DNA of 64,000 nucleotides, taken from NCBI GenBank assembly GCA_037137755.1, contig JBAXJR010000001.1, positions 1-64,000 on the forward strand, written 5' to 3'. The position numbers and the translations under genes are program-made. Positions within the stretch are counted from its first letter, which is position 1, and each line of letters begins with the position of its first letter. The notes beneath the pieces are model-generated. The model saw only the letters and a list, made by a program, of their open reading frames with translations, searched no databases and was not told the origin of the DNA. The stretch is from Methanomicrobiales archaeon. GTDB taxonomy: Archaea; Halobacteriota; Methanomicrobia; Methanomicrobiales; Methanospirillaceae. Of the stretch, positions 10,061 to 19,939 are shown in pieces.

Positions 10061-11773
10061 ATGATGAAACATATTTTCACCCTGATACTGGCACTTCTTC
10101 TCTGTATTCTGGTCATTCATCCTGTTGTAGCATTGGATGCGAGATGGTCAACAAATATTTCGGGAAACCATCTGTCCAGTGTGTCCATCACCTCCGATGG
10201 AAAGAGAATTGTATCAGGATCGACAAATGGTGATATCTGCTTGTTTTCGGATACTGGTGAACTACTCTGGAAGATTTCCGAACCCGGCACCCAGATTGCA
10301 AAAATTTCTTCAGATGGCTCTGCGATTGTTACAGGGTCTCAGGAGGAGTTGTATTCTGATAAGGGTGTGCTAAGATATTTTCAGTTAGAAGGACCATCCG
10401 ACGATTTGTACATAGAACTTCGTTCCAGAACCATTACAGGCTGGATCTCTGACCTCCATATCGGAAAAAACGTTAAAAATTCTGTAATCGGAACAATACG
10501 TGGGGATGTCGAACTCTTTGGGTCAGATGGACCGATCAATAAGTTATCGAGTGATGATATGCATCAGCCAGTTCCGGTAGGTGATGTAGCGATATCAGCA
10601 GATGGATTAACAGTAGCTTATTCAACCTGGGGGGGAAAAGAGCCGCATTTTGTGATTACCGGTGAAAAATATTATGTGGATGAGATAACAGAAGACATCA
10701 TAACAAGAATCGCATTATCTTCTAATGGCAGTTACGTAGCAGGTACCATTGGGGAAGGGACGGTTGGAAAATTATTTTTAAGAAGTGGTGATGGAAATGG
10801 ACTCTGGTCCATAAAAACCAGTCGTATTCATGATCTTCTTATCACAGATGATGGATCAGTTGTGATAGCAGGAACCGATGATGGCGTCATTCATGCTTAT
10901 AGCCATTCCGGAGACCCTATGTGGACATACCAGGCAGACGGCCCGATTACCGCCCTTTCAATGACGCCGTCCGCCTCAAAAATTGTAGCCGGGACACCCC
11001 AGGGGACAATATACCTGCTCGACAAAAACGGAACTCTTCTTGGAAAATATCAAAATAATAGTCTTTTTAATACCGGTGTATCACAACTAGAGATCTCAAA
11101 AGATGGTGGATCTCTCATAGCGTTAACAAATAACAGAGAACTGATATATTTTAAAACTGAAGATGATGTACCCATGGTTTCAGGAACCTCCAAACCATTT
11201 AACTCCGATTCTGAACTGGGGTCCAACGAACTAAATTACTCATCCCCCGATTTCTCATATAGTAAATGGCTTAAACAAACGATATCCGAATCAGGGAATA
11301 ATCTTTCTTTCATTGTCATTTCAGATAACATCGTTAATTACTGGTCAGGAGCGGACAGCAGTTCTTCTCCTAGGTATACTCCGTGGATCTTCCCTGGACA
11401 GAATAATATTTCCCGCACAGGAATTTCTGGCAGGTTTACAACCGAAGCAACTCCCTCGATCAATGTCATTTCACCGAAAGGGGGAGAGATCTGGGAACGA
11501 AATACATCTCGAATTGTCGAATGGAACTATAAGGGTAGTCCAGGGTCGACTGTAGATATTGTGCTCCTGAAGGAGGGCATCGAAGTTGGCTGGATTGCTA
11601 ATAGAGTACCATCGGGCAGTGAGGGCACAGGCTCCTATACCTGGCCGATATATTCAACCGGGATGACAGGTAATGATTTCAAGGTCAGCATCCGGGACAC
11701 AAAACAAAGTTCAATAAACGGTGTGAGCAACGGCAATTTCACTATCACACCGGCAACAATCATTCCCCCATAA
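10061..11773 (+). CDS. Secreted WD40/PQQ-like beta-propeller protein with a C-terminal Kre9/KNH-like Ig domain
   Basis: Signal peptide, repeated VSIxxDG...G.DG.I..Y...G..LW blades, SPKGGEIW...W domain. Confidence 0.85.
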   Translation: MMKHIFTLILALLLCILVIHPVVALDARWSTNISGNHLSSVSITSDGKRIVSGSTNGDICLFSDTGELLWKISEPGTQIAKISSDGSAIVTGSQEELYSDKGVLRYFQLEGPSDDLYIELRSRTITGWISDLHIGKNVKNSVIGTIRGDVELFGSDGPINKLSSDDMHQPVPVGDVAISADGLTVAYSTWGGKEPHFVITGEKYYVDEITEDIITRIALSSNGSYVAGTIGEGTVGKLFLRSGDGNGLWSIKTSRIHDLLITDDGSVVIAGTDDGVIHAYSHSGDPMWTYQADGPITALSMTPSASKIVAGTPQGTIYLLDKNGTLLGKYQNNSLFNTGVSQLEISKDGGSLIALTNNRELIYFKTEDDVPMVSGTSKPFNSDSELGSNELNYSSPDFSYSKWLKQTISESGNNLSFIVISDNIVNYWSGADSSSSPRYTPWIFPGQNNISRTGISGRFTTEATPSINVISPKGGEIWERNTSRIVEWNYKGSPGSTVDIVLLKEGIEVGWIANRVPSGSEGTGSYTWPIYSTGMTGNDFKVSIRDTKQSSINGVSNGNFTITPATIIPP

Positions 11774-12085
11774 GAAGTAACTCCCTCGATCACCGCCATG
11801 TCACCAAATGGTGGTGAAACCTGGAAACGAGGGACTGATCAAACGATCAGTTGGAATTACACGGGTAGTCCAGTGTCAACGGTAACTATTATACTTTTAA
11901 AGGGTGGTATCGAAGTTGGCACAATTACCGATAGCACTTCATTGGGCAGCGGTGGCACTGGCTCCTATACCTGGTCGATGTCTTCAACCGGGATGACAGG
12001 TAATGATTTCAAGGTCAGCATCCGGGACACAGAACAAAGTTCAATAAACGGTGTGAGCAACGGCTATTTCACCATTACATCCTAA
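11774..12085 (+). pseudogene. Second Kre9/KNH-like domain, in frame behind the TAA of the upstream gene
   Basis: Same frame continues *EVTPSITAMSPNGGETW, homologous to TEATPSINVISPKGGEIW 330 bp upstream. Confidence 0.7.
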
Positions 12086-12100
12086 CATTTTTATTTTTCA

Positions 12101-12651
12101 AGAATTCGGCAAGTTCAGTGGTACCCAGAGTGATTTGTTTTTTATCAGGCCGGTGATCACGGCTATACCCGTATTTCCGAGGTTTTCCTCTTCTCCATGC
12201 AGGACTATACTGGTCCAGCCCATATTGATGTCCGTATGCTCAAATTCGCATCTTTCAAACAGGACGTCCTGGATGTCTGAAATGATCTCTTCTTTTTGGG
12301 CTCCGATCGTTTCAAGAGGACGGTACAGGGTCCTTTCACCGAATGGTTTAAGTTCAAATATCTCAAGGACTTCTTCGTGGTTTATCCATTCATGAGCTCG
12401 TTTTATGCTGAAATTGTCATTCAGTTTGTAACGAAGAGGGCTTTTAACAGCTTATTGATATCTATGCCATTCTTCTTGTGTTTCCCGAAGATTTCACTGC
12501 AATTCAAAACCCGATACAGACTTTCTACCGCATAAATGGTTCCAATAGGAAAGGATATATTCTGATTGGGAACAATTTCATATGTTCTTGGTTTTTTGTG
12601 CATATATAATTTAAACCAAGAACCATCTTATTTTTCAGTGGCAAAGTTGGG
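12101..12651 (-). mobile_element. IS1634-family transposase remnant (frameshifted and truncated)
   Basis: Pieces read MHKKPRTYEIVPNQNISFPIGT..., ERTLYRPLETIG...TDINMGWTS, KYGYSRDHRPDKKQI (IS1634 signature) across two frameshifts; putative left end CCCAACTTTGCCACTG at 12651. Confidence 0.85.
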
Positions 12652-13662
12652 TTACACGCCTTGTTCTTCTACGAGGTAATTGATTACGGTCTCTGAAATA
12701 TCTCCGGCATATTCACCGGTCCTCCTGATACTCTCAGCGATATAGTGAAGTGAAATTGCCAGGGGGGTCCCCATTGTCATGGACAGGGAATTGATCTGCT
12801 CACAGGCCTCATCGAGTTCGGCAATAGACTCAATATTTCTGTGAGACGCTACGATATCAGCCTGGAAAAATGAGACGATACTTTTGTCAAAAATTACGAG
12901 AGACAAGGTACTTGCAGCACGGATGGCCTTCTTTGTATCCTTACCGATATCCTCCCCCTCGATTCTTTTCATATTTTCTGCAATTCTGACGGCGTGATCC
13001 CCGATCCGTTCTACAATCCTGCTAATCAGGTAGGTATTCACCACGAGCGAAGTGGAAAGGTCCATCTTCCTGGAGAGGTTCACGTTTTTCAGGATCACAT
13101 TCATCTGGCGGGCAATCAGCCAGTGAAGACGGTCTACGTCGTTGTCCCTTGCAATAACGTCATCGGCAAGGGGGGTATCGTATTTCTCGATTGCCGTTAC
13201 CGCGTCAATATGCATATTTTTCACAACCACGTACATCCGCTTCAGGGTGTTATCGAACGGCATCTCCATCGGGTTTAAGAGGTCCTTTAACAGCATGGTG
13301 GAATCCGTCTCTTCAATGACTTCCGGTCCAATGGTCATCTGGGCGAAATCACGTACAACCTGTCGGACGAACGGGGAGAACCGGTGCTTTGCGGTAATCC
13401 TGATTGTTGTGAACCCGGCAATATATGCCCCGATTAGGAGCCTGAACAGGTAGGCCGGATCTTTGATTAAAGTGACATCGAATTCCCTATCTGACTGCAA
13501 CTGCACATCCGTGATATTTTTTGTGACCAGCAGGGTCCCGTCCGGCTGTGAAATTAACCCAAGAGGATCATTCTTTTTGACGTGTAATTTGTCGATCCAA
13601 TCCTTCGGGAGCGTGATAATGTACGACGAACCCCCTGTTAACTGAACTTTCCTGATATCCAT
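12652..13662 (-). CDS. phoU: Phosphate uptake regulator (AbrB/SpoVT-type N-terminus plus PhoU domains)
   Basis: RKVQLTGGSSYIITLPKDW; DNDVDRL, ERIGDHA; divergent from the pst operon. Confidence 0.93.
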   Translation of the reverse strand: MDIRKVQLTGGSSYIITLPKDWIDKLHVKKNDPLGLISQPDGTLLVTKNITDVQLQSDREFDVTLIKDPAYLFRLLIGAYIAGFTTIRITAKHRFSPFVRQVVRDFAQMTIGPEVIEETDSTMLLKDLLNPMEMPFDNTLKRMYVVVKNMHIDAVTAIEKYDTPLADDVIARDNDVDRLHWLIARQMNVILKNVNLSRKMDLSTSLVVNTYLISRIVERIGDHAVRIAENMKRIEGEDIGKDTKKAIRAASTLSLVIFDKSIVSFFQADIVASHRNIESIAELDEACEQINSLSMTMGTPLAISLHYIAESIRRTGEYAGDISETVINYLVEEQGV

Positions 13663-13855
13663 AGGTTATTCGCTCCTCTGTATGGTTGGTTTCTTTCACT
13701 CTATTCTTCTATAGAGTGTATATATTCATCTATATTTTACTGCGAAAAAGGGTATAAATCTAACACTCTTAGTGGGTGTCAGATCATGGCACTGTGCAAG
13801 GGGAGTTCCGGACTTTTTATTACAAATCATTCTATATGGGGCCGGGTGATATTCA

Positions 13856-15805
13856 ATGTCTGATCCCCAGTTACCCCTCTCGCAAAAGGGTTTCAGTCCC
13901 GCTGCACGGAATATCAAAGAAGGAATGATGACCTCACTTTGGTTTACCTGTGCGGTTTTTGCGGTTGTTGTTGTTTTTTTCATCCTAGTATTCCTGCTCT
14001 ACAATGGGTACCCCGCATTTTCAACCGTCGGCCTTCCGGATTTCCTGTTCGGGGACACCTGGGACCCCTCTGGCTATCCACCCCTCTATGGGATCTTCCC
14101 TCTCATTGTCGATACCCTGCTGGTGATGGCTCTTGCCATGCTGATCGCAATCCCCCTCGGTATTGCGAGTGCGATCTACATCAGTGAACTGGCCCACAAA
14201 AAAGTAAAAGCCGTTGTAAAACCTGCAGTTGAACTGCTGGCCGGTATCCCCTCTGTGGTGTTTGGGTTCTTCGGGCTTGTCGTCCTTACCAATGTGCTCC
14301 GCGTGTCATTCGATGCCCCGAGCGGGGAATGCTGGCTTGCCGGGTCCATCCTTCTCGGTATTATGGCCCTTCCTACAATTGTGAGCGTTTCTGAGGATGC
14401 AATCAGTTCTGTGCCAAAGGAATTCCGTGAAGGTTCCCTTGCAGCTGGTGCTACGAAATGGCAGACTATCAGTCGGGTAATTGTCCCTGCTGCCTTGTCG
14501 GGGATTACTGCAGCGGTCATCCTCGGAATAGGCCGGGCGATAGGGGAAACAATGGCCGTCCTGATGGTCACCGGGAATGCTGCAGTCATCCCGTCACCGA
14601 TCTGGAATGTCCTCTCGCCGGTCAGGACATTAACAGCAACACTCGGGATCGAGATGGGAGAGGTGTCAGTAGGCAGCCTCCATTACAGCGCCCTATTTGG
14701 AATCGCCGTGGTATTGCTGGTAATTACCCTCGGGATAAACCTTGTCGCCTACACGATCCTCGGGAGGATTAGGAAAGGGCAAACCGGTGTAAGCCCAGTG
14801 AATCGCAGGGTCCTTTCCTTCGAGACGGTAGAATCCCTAAAAAAATACGGGGTCTGTGGAATCGCAGGAATTGTATTATTATTCATATTCATCGCTGCAG
14901 GACTTATTGCTGCACTGGGGTCCGTCCTCCTAGTTGCACTGTGGTTTGCATTGAGGCAGAAACTTAACCAGCGACAGGTGCAGAAGGCAGCATTTGCCCT
15001 GTTATGGCTCGCAATCGGGATCGTACTGTTCTCCCTTGGTTGCATCATTGCGGATATCATCATCAACGGCCTTTCTGCCATCACCTGGGAGTTCCTCACT
15101 ACTGCACCAACCGACCTTGGGAGAGATGGGGGAATTGCACCCGCCATTGTTGGCACGTTTTACCTCATCATTGGTGCAATCCTCATTGCGTTACCCCTGG
15201 GGATAGGGGCTGCGATTTATCTCAACGAATACACCCGTGAAGGCAGGATTACACGGATCATCAGGGCAGGTGTTGACCTGCTGAATGGGACACCATCGAT
15301 CGTCTTCGGGCTGTTCGGGATGGCCTTCTTTGTCCTGTATCTCAAATTCGGGGTTTCCCTGCTTGCCGGCCAGGTCACCCTCGCTATTATGGTGCTCCCG
15401 ACGATGATACGGACCGCGGAAGAATCGTTGAAAAATGTGCCCATGTCGGTCCGGGAAGGGAGCCTGGCACTTGGGGCAACGAAATGGCAGACGGTAAGGA
15501 GTGTCGTGCTCCCGCCCGCAGTCCCGGGAATAATCACCGGGACCATCCTGTCAATCGGCAGGGTAGCAGGGGAGACAGCCCCCATTCTGTTTACTGCCGT
15601 GGTATTCTCTTCGAGGACACTTCCCTCGTCTGAATTCGAGCCGGTGATGGCTCTTCCCTACCACCTCTATATCCTTTCCACGAGTGTGCCGGGTGCCACA
15701 GTCAACCAGTATGGGACGGCACTGGTACTCCTGGTCCTGGTAATCGGGTTTTACCTTGCAGCGATTATCGTGAGACGACACTACCATATGAAAATCCGAT
15801 GGTGA
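13856..15805 (+). CDS. pstC: Phosphate ABC permease, PstC-PstA fusion
   Basis: Two permease units ([12 protein letters not shown]...GRAIGETMA and [10 protein letters not shown]...GRVAGETAP) in one 649 aa ORF. Confidence 0.93.
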   Translation: MSDPQLPLSQKGFSPAARNIKEGMMTSLWFTCAVFAVVVVFFILVFLLYNGYPAFSTVGLPDFLFGDTWDPSGYPPLYGIFPLIVDTLLVMALAMLIAIPLGIASAIYISELAHKKVKAVVKPAVELLAGIPSVVFGFFGLVVLTNVLRVSFDAPSGECWLAGSILLGIMALPTIVSVSEDAISSVPKEFREGSLAAGATKWQTISRVIVPAALSGITAAVILGIGRAIGETMAVLMVTGNAAVIPSPIWNVLSPVRTLTATLGIEMGEVSVGSLHYSALFGIAVVLLVITLGINLVAYTILGRIRKGQTGVSPVNRRVLSFETVESLKKYGVCGIAGIVLLFIFIAAGLIAALGSVLLVALWFALRQKLNQRQVQKAAFALLWLAIGIVLFSLGCIIADIIINGLSAITWEFLTTAPTDLGRDGGIAPAIVGTFYLIIGAILIALPLGIGAAIYLNEYTREGRITRIIRAGVDLLNGTPSIVFGLFGMAFFVLYLKFGVSLLAGQVTLAIMVLPTMIRTAEESLKNVPMSVREGSLALGATKWQTVRSVVLPPAVPGIITGTILSIGRVAGETAPILFTAVVFSSRTLPSSEFEPVMALPYHLYILSTSVPGATVNQYGTALVLLVLVIGFYLAAIIVRRHYHMKIRW

Positions 15806-16575
15806 AAAACATGAACGAAGACTATACGATCATCCAGGTTGACCGGCTCAACCTCTGGTACGGGGAAGCAATGGCACTCCAGGATATTACGATGGGAATA
15901 CCTGACCACAAGGTGACTGCCCTCATAGGTCCTTCCGGTTGTGGAAAATCAACACTGCTACGATGTTTAAACCGGATGAACGACCTCGTGGACAGCTGCC
16001 GGATTCAGGGTGCTGTCAATTATCATGCCAAAAATATCTATGCCAGCGACGTTGACCCGGTAGAAATACGGCGAAAAATCGGTATGGTGTTCCAGCGGCC
16101 AAACCCCTTCCCGAAGTCCATTTATGAAAATGTCGCCTACGGACCTCGTGTCCATGGGATGAAAGAAAGGAAGCAGCTGGATGCCATTGTCGAAAAAAGT
16201 CTGCGCAGTGCCGCGTTGTGGGACGAAGTAAAAGACCGGCTCCACAACTCGGCAATGGGCCTTTCGGGCGGGCAGCAGCAGCGGCTCTGTATCGCCAGGA
16301 CACTGGCTGTGGAACCAGAAGTGATCCTCATGGATGAGCCCTGTTCAGCTCTTGACCCGATTGCGACCGCGAAGATTGAAGGCCTGATAGAAGAACTAAA
16401 AACACACTACTCAGTCGTAATCGTCACCCACAACATGCAGCAGGCGTCCCGGGTGAGTGATTACACAGGATTCATGTACATGGGTGACCTGGCCGAATTC
16501 GGGACAACTCAACAGATCTTTGAGAAACCAAAAGAAACGCTTACTGAAAATTATATCACAGGAAGATTTGGATAG
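15799..16575 (+). CDS. pstB: Phosphate ABC transporter ATPase
   Basis: [41 protein letters not shown]. Confidence 0.97.
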   Translation: MVKNMNEDYTIIQVDRLNLWYGEAMALQDITMGIPDHKVTALIGPSGCGKSTLLRCLNRMNDLVDSCRIQGAVNYHAKNIYASDVDPVEIRRKIGMVFQRPNPFPKSIYENVAYGPRVHGMKERKQLDAIVEKSLRSAALWDEVKDRLHNSAMGLSGGQQQRLCIARTLAVEPEVILMDEPCSALDPIATAKIEGLIEELKTHYSVVIVTHNMQQASRVSDYTGFMYMGDLAEFGTTQQIFEKPKETLTENYITGRFG

Positions 16576-17235
16576 GTGATACTGGTGGCAGATAAATTCC
16601 ATGATGAACTAACTGCACTCCGTCAGGACGTTGTTACCATGGCGCGTTTTGGGAGAGAGATGCTGAACGATTCAATGAGTGCCCTGCAATTACAGGACCT
16701 GGATAAAGCGATAGAAGTAAAAACAAGAAAAACTGCGCTTTCAGGGCAGCACGACTCGCTTGAAGACCGGATTTTCACGATGATTGCATTGTACCAGCCT
16801 GTAGCCCGGGACCTCCGGACCCTGGTATGTTCACTTCTGATCGTACAGGCAAGTGAACGGATCGGACGTTATGGGAAGGATATTGCAAATGCCACGAGGC
16901 ACCTGGCCGATAGTGAATCTACCGGGAATTTTATCAGCATCCCCCACATGTCAGAGCTTGTGGTCGCCATGATCGATGATGCGATTCTTGCCTACGAACA
17001 TGAAGACCTCAATACTATCAACCATATGTCGAAACGTGATGACGTTGTTGATTCCCTGCGGACCTCGATATTCAGGGAATGCCTGACGTACATGATGGAA
17101 GATCCGAGAACAATTACGCGGTGCACTCACTACGTTATGATCTCCCGTTTCCTTGAACGGAGCGGGGACCATGCCTGCAAAATGGCAGAGAAAGTCCATT
17201 ACATGGTGACCGGTGAACGGATCGAGATAAAATAG
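16576..17235 (+). CDS. phoU: Phosphate signalling protein PhoU
   Basis: QPVARDLR, ERIGRY, DDVVD, LERSGDHA. Confidence 0.93.
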   Translation: MILVADKFHDELTALRQDVVTMARFGREMLNDSMSALQLQDLDKAIEVKTRKTALSGQHDSLEDRIFTMIALYQPVARDLRTLVCSLLIVQASERIGRYGKDIANATRHLADSESTGNFISIPHMSELVVAMIDDAILAYEHEDLNTINHMSKRDDVVDSLRTSIFRECLTYMMEDPRTITRCTHYVMISRFLERSGDHACKMAEKVHYMVTGERIEIK

Positions 17236-17259
17236 GGCATAATAATCTACCGGGTTGAT

Positions 17260-17688
17260 ATGAAGACCACTGGCAACGATAAAAAAAGCATCATTTTTCT
17301 CTGTAGTTACAACTCCGTCAGGTCACAGATGGCAGAAGGTCTGATGCGTCACCTGTTTGGCGACAGGTATAACGTCTATAGCGCTGGTGTGGCATGTGGC
17401 GGGGTAAGCCCGTATGCCGTTGCGGTGATGGAAGAGATCGGGATCGATATCTCCCATCAGCGTTCAAAAACCCTGCATGAATTCAAAGGTAGACACTTCA
17501 GTGTGGTGGTGACCTTGTGTGACAATGGAAAAGAGGCCTGTATATCCTGCCTCCCGATAGGAGACCTTGTTATCCACCATAACTTCTACGCTCCAAACGA
17601 GATCGGCCTGCCGAAAGATGAGATCATGAAAGAATTCGCTGATGTCAGGGATCAGATCCAGACCTGGCTGAGGCAACAGTTCAGTTAG
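17260..17688 (+). CDS. arsC: LMW-PTP-fold arsenate reductase-like protein
   Basis: CSYNSVRSQMAE (CX5R), SAG, GIDISHQRSK, VTLCD..KEAC. Confidence 0.8.
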   Translation: MKTTGNDKKSIIFLCSYNSVRSQMAEGLMRHLFGDRYNVYSAGVACGGVSPYAVAVMEEIGIDISHQRSKTLHEFKGRHFSVVVTLCDNGKEACISCLPIGDLVIHHNFYAPNEIGLPKDEIMKEFADVRDQIQTWLRQQFS

Positions 17689-17823
17689 TCCGAATATTTT
17701 CCAATTGTATATTCTTATCTAGTATTCTTGCGGATAATAAATAATCTCTATAGTTTATATATATACATATATTCTCTGTCGGGAATCAGTATATATCTGG
17801 CCATCGATGGTAACTAGACCATT

Positions 17824-18795
17824 ATGGTACTAGATCATAAGAAATTTGGAATTGCAGGACTTGTTATTGCAGTGCTGCTTATGCTCATGGTCTTTTCAAC
17901 CGGTTGTGTCAACAACACGGCGGGAAAGGCTCAGACCGAGACTAGTGTACCGACTGCAGGCCATACCCAGCTAACAACACCAGTCACAACACAGGCAACC
18001 ACGACTGTTGCCAGTACCCCTCAGACCACACAGGCAAATGCGGGAAGTAAGACCATTAAGGTATCAGGTTCTACCACGGTACTACCAATTGCACAGGACG
18101 CAGCAGATGCGTTCATGACAGCCAACCCGGGAACCAATATCCAGGTATCCGGCGGTGGATCTGGTGTTGGTGTCCAGCAGATCGGTGACAAGCTCGTCGA
18201 TATCGGGATGTCCTCAAGAGACATCACCAAGGATGAATTAGCGAAATACCCGTCCTTCGTCATCACCCCGGTATCACTTGACGGCATTGCAGTCATCGTT
18301 AACCCCAATAACAACCCGGTTAATTCCCTGAGTATCGCCCAGATCCGCGATATCTACAGCGGGAAAGTTACCAACTGGAAGGATGTTGGCGGCAAGGACA
18401 TGGAAATCGTCGTTATTGGCCGCGACAGTGCGTCAGGTACCCGTACCTTCTTCACTGACACGGTGATGAACAAGACCAATTACGTGAAGACCCAGTTTGA
18501 GAAGAACTCGAACGGTGCGATCCAGCAGAGCGTTGCCCAGACCCCCGGTGCAATAGGTTACGTCGGGCTTGGTTTTATCGACCCGACTGTGAAAGCATTA
18601 AAGATCAGCGTCAACGGAACACTCGTCGAACCGTCAGTCAAGACAGTCCTTGATAAGAGTTACCCGATTTCCAGGTCACTCCTGATGATCACTAACAGCC
18701 AGCCAGCAGGTCTTGTTAAAAACTATATTGACTACATCCTGAGCTCAGAAGGCCAGAAACTTGTAGCAAAAGAAGGCTTTGTGCCTTTACCCTGA
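17824..18795 (+). CDS. pstS: Phosphate-binding lipoprotein
   Basis: Lipobox STGC, Thr-rich linker, GSTTVLP, GGGSGVG, RDSASGTR. Confidence 0.95.
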   Translation: MVLDHKKFGIAGLVIAVLLMLMVFSTGCVNNTAGKAQTETSVPTAGHTQLTTPVTTQATTTVASTPQTTQANAGSKTIKVSGSTTVLPIAQDAADAFMTANPGTNIQVSGGGSGVGVQQIGDKLVDIGMSSRDITKDELAKYPSFVITPVSLDGIAVIVNPNNNPVNSLSIAQIRDIYSGKVTNWKDVGGKDMEIVVIGRDSASGTRTFFTDTVMNKTNYVKTQFEKNSNGAIQQSVAQTPGAIGYVGLGFIDPTVKALKISVNGTLVEPSVKTVLDKSYPISRSLLMITNSQPAGLVKNYIDYILSSEGQKLVAKEGFVPLP

Positions 18796-18796
18796 A

Positions 18797-18817
18797 CAAC
18801 TTTTTTTCGTATTTTTC
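18797..18817 (+). terminator. Oligo-T terminator after pstS
   Basis: T-rich tracts immediately after the stop codon. Confidence 0.5.
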
Positions 18818-18877
18818 ATCGATCACTCATCATTCTCTCCGCTATTGTTTTTCCTTCCTTTCCGGTAGGGTCCCTCA

Positions 18878-19105
18878 CTATACGCGGAAAAAATTAGTAA
18901 AATTCCTCTTTTTAGGGTGATTATCCATAATTACTGTCCTAAGTGGTTCAGTTGGACTTAGAGAGGCCATCTTGCTGGAATTTTCTACCTGTGAGGGTGC
19001 AGGAATAGAACCTACCGTTGCCGGTGATGAATATGCCCACCACATGAACATCACCGCCATCACTGCCACTACGAAAAAAAGGATGAGCAGAAATTTCGAC
19101 ATCAT
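18878..19105 (-). CDS. Small single-TM hypothetical protein
   Basis: 75 aa, N-terminal hydrophobic helix; no recognised motif. Confidence 0.4.
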   Translation of the reverse strand: MMSKFLLILFFVVAVMAVMFMWWAYSSPATVGSIPAPSQVENSSKMASLSPTEPLRTVIMDNHPKKRNFTNFFRV

Positions 19106-19321
19106 AGAGATGGTGCTATGTACGAGAAGAAAAAGACTGTCCAGAATATAAGGATATCCCGTTGATGGAAAAATCTCGCTAAGTCCCCCTGAAGGTTACA
19201 AAAGGACTTTTAGGATATGGTCAAACATGGCAGACTAAAAATCTAAGATTGATAATTATGTTACTACAACAATGCTTTAGGATCGTATCCCGCTAATCAA
19301 TATACTCGAGGGACCCAAGGA

Positions 19322-19893
19322 CTAAAAAAAGGCCGGTTCCCTACCTGACTTTCTTGCATTTTTGAGGAAATAACCTGCAAGTCCGCCGATTATCAACAGT
19401 ATTCCTATGATATCCTGGGTCCACCATTCAGAAAAATACAGGCCGGGTATAATAGTAATTCCGACAACTCCCATATTAACACAGATCAGAAAAATGAAGG
19501 GATCTTTAAGCGCGAATCATCTTGTGATCTGGATTATGCAGATGATGAGATACACAAGAGTGAGGAAAACCAGAAAAAACATCGCGGTATACGAGAAGAT
19601 GTTTTGGAAGTAGTAATACATCGATACAATGAACAGTATCAGCCCAATTATGCCGATAAAAAATTTCCATCCCATCCCGGACGTACCAGAAATTACACTC
19701 AATATACTCACAATTCCAAGCAATAACAGGTAGATTGTGATTATTCCGCTGGTTAGTTCGAGGAATGAACCTGAATTACCAAAAGGACGAGCCCGGTGAT
19801 CACCATCAGGAGACTCTGAATATAATAATACCAGGCGGGGTACATGAGGATAGGCCCAACAGGATTCCTGTTCGATTCAACGTATCCATACAT
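19322..19893 (-). pseudogene. Disrupted multi-TM membrane protein (HdeD/DUF308-like)
   Basis: Hydrophobic reading continues across a frameshift near 19755 and a TGA at 19517-19519 to TAG at 19322; W...LL..ITG and GWKFFIGIIG pattern. Confidence 0.55.
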
Positions 19894-19939
19894 TCAGATT
19901 ATAGTTGTAAAAATTGGCTAATAATTCTTGTTATTTCTC

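Noticed and set aside
11771-11773. Recoding (pyrrolysine or selenocysteine) at the in-frame stop
   Set aside because: The codon is TAA, not TAG or TGA
19517-19519. Selenocysteine TGA in the membrane-protein frame
   Set aside because: The gene also has a frameshift and the context is not redox-like; decay is the simpler explanation
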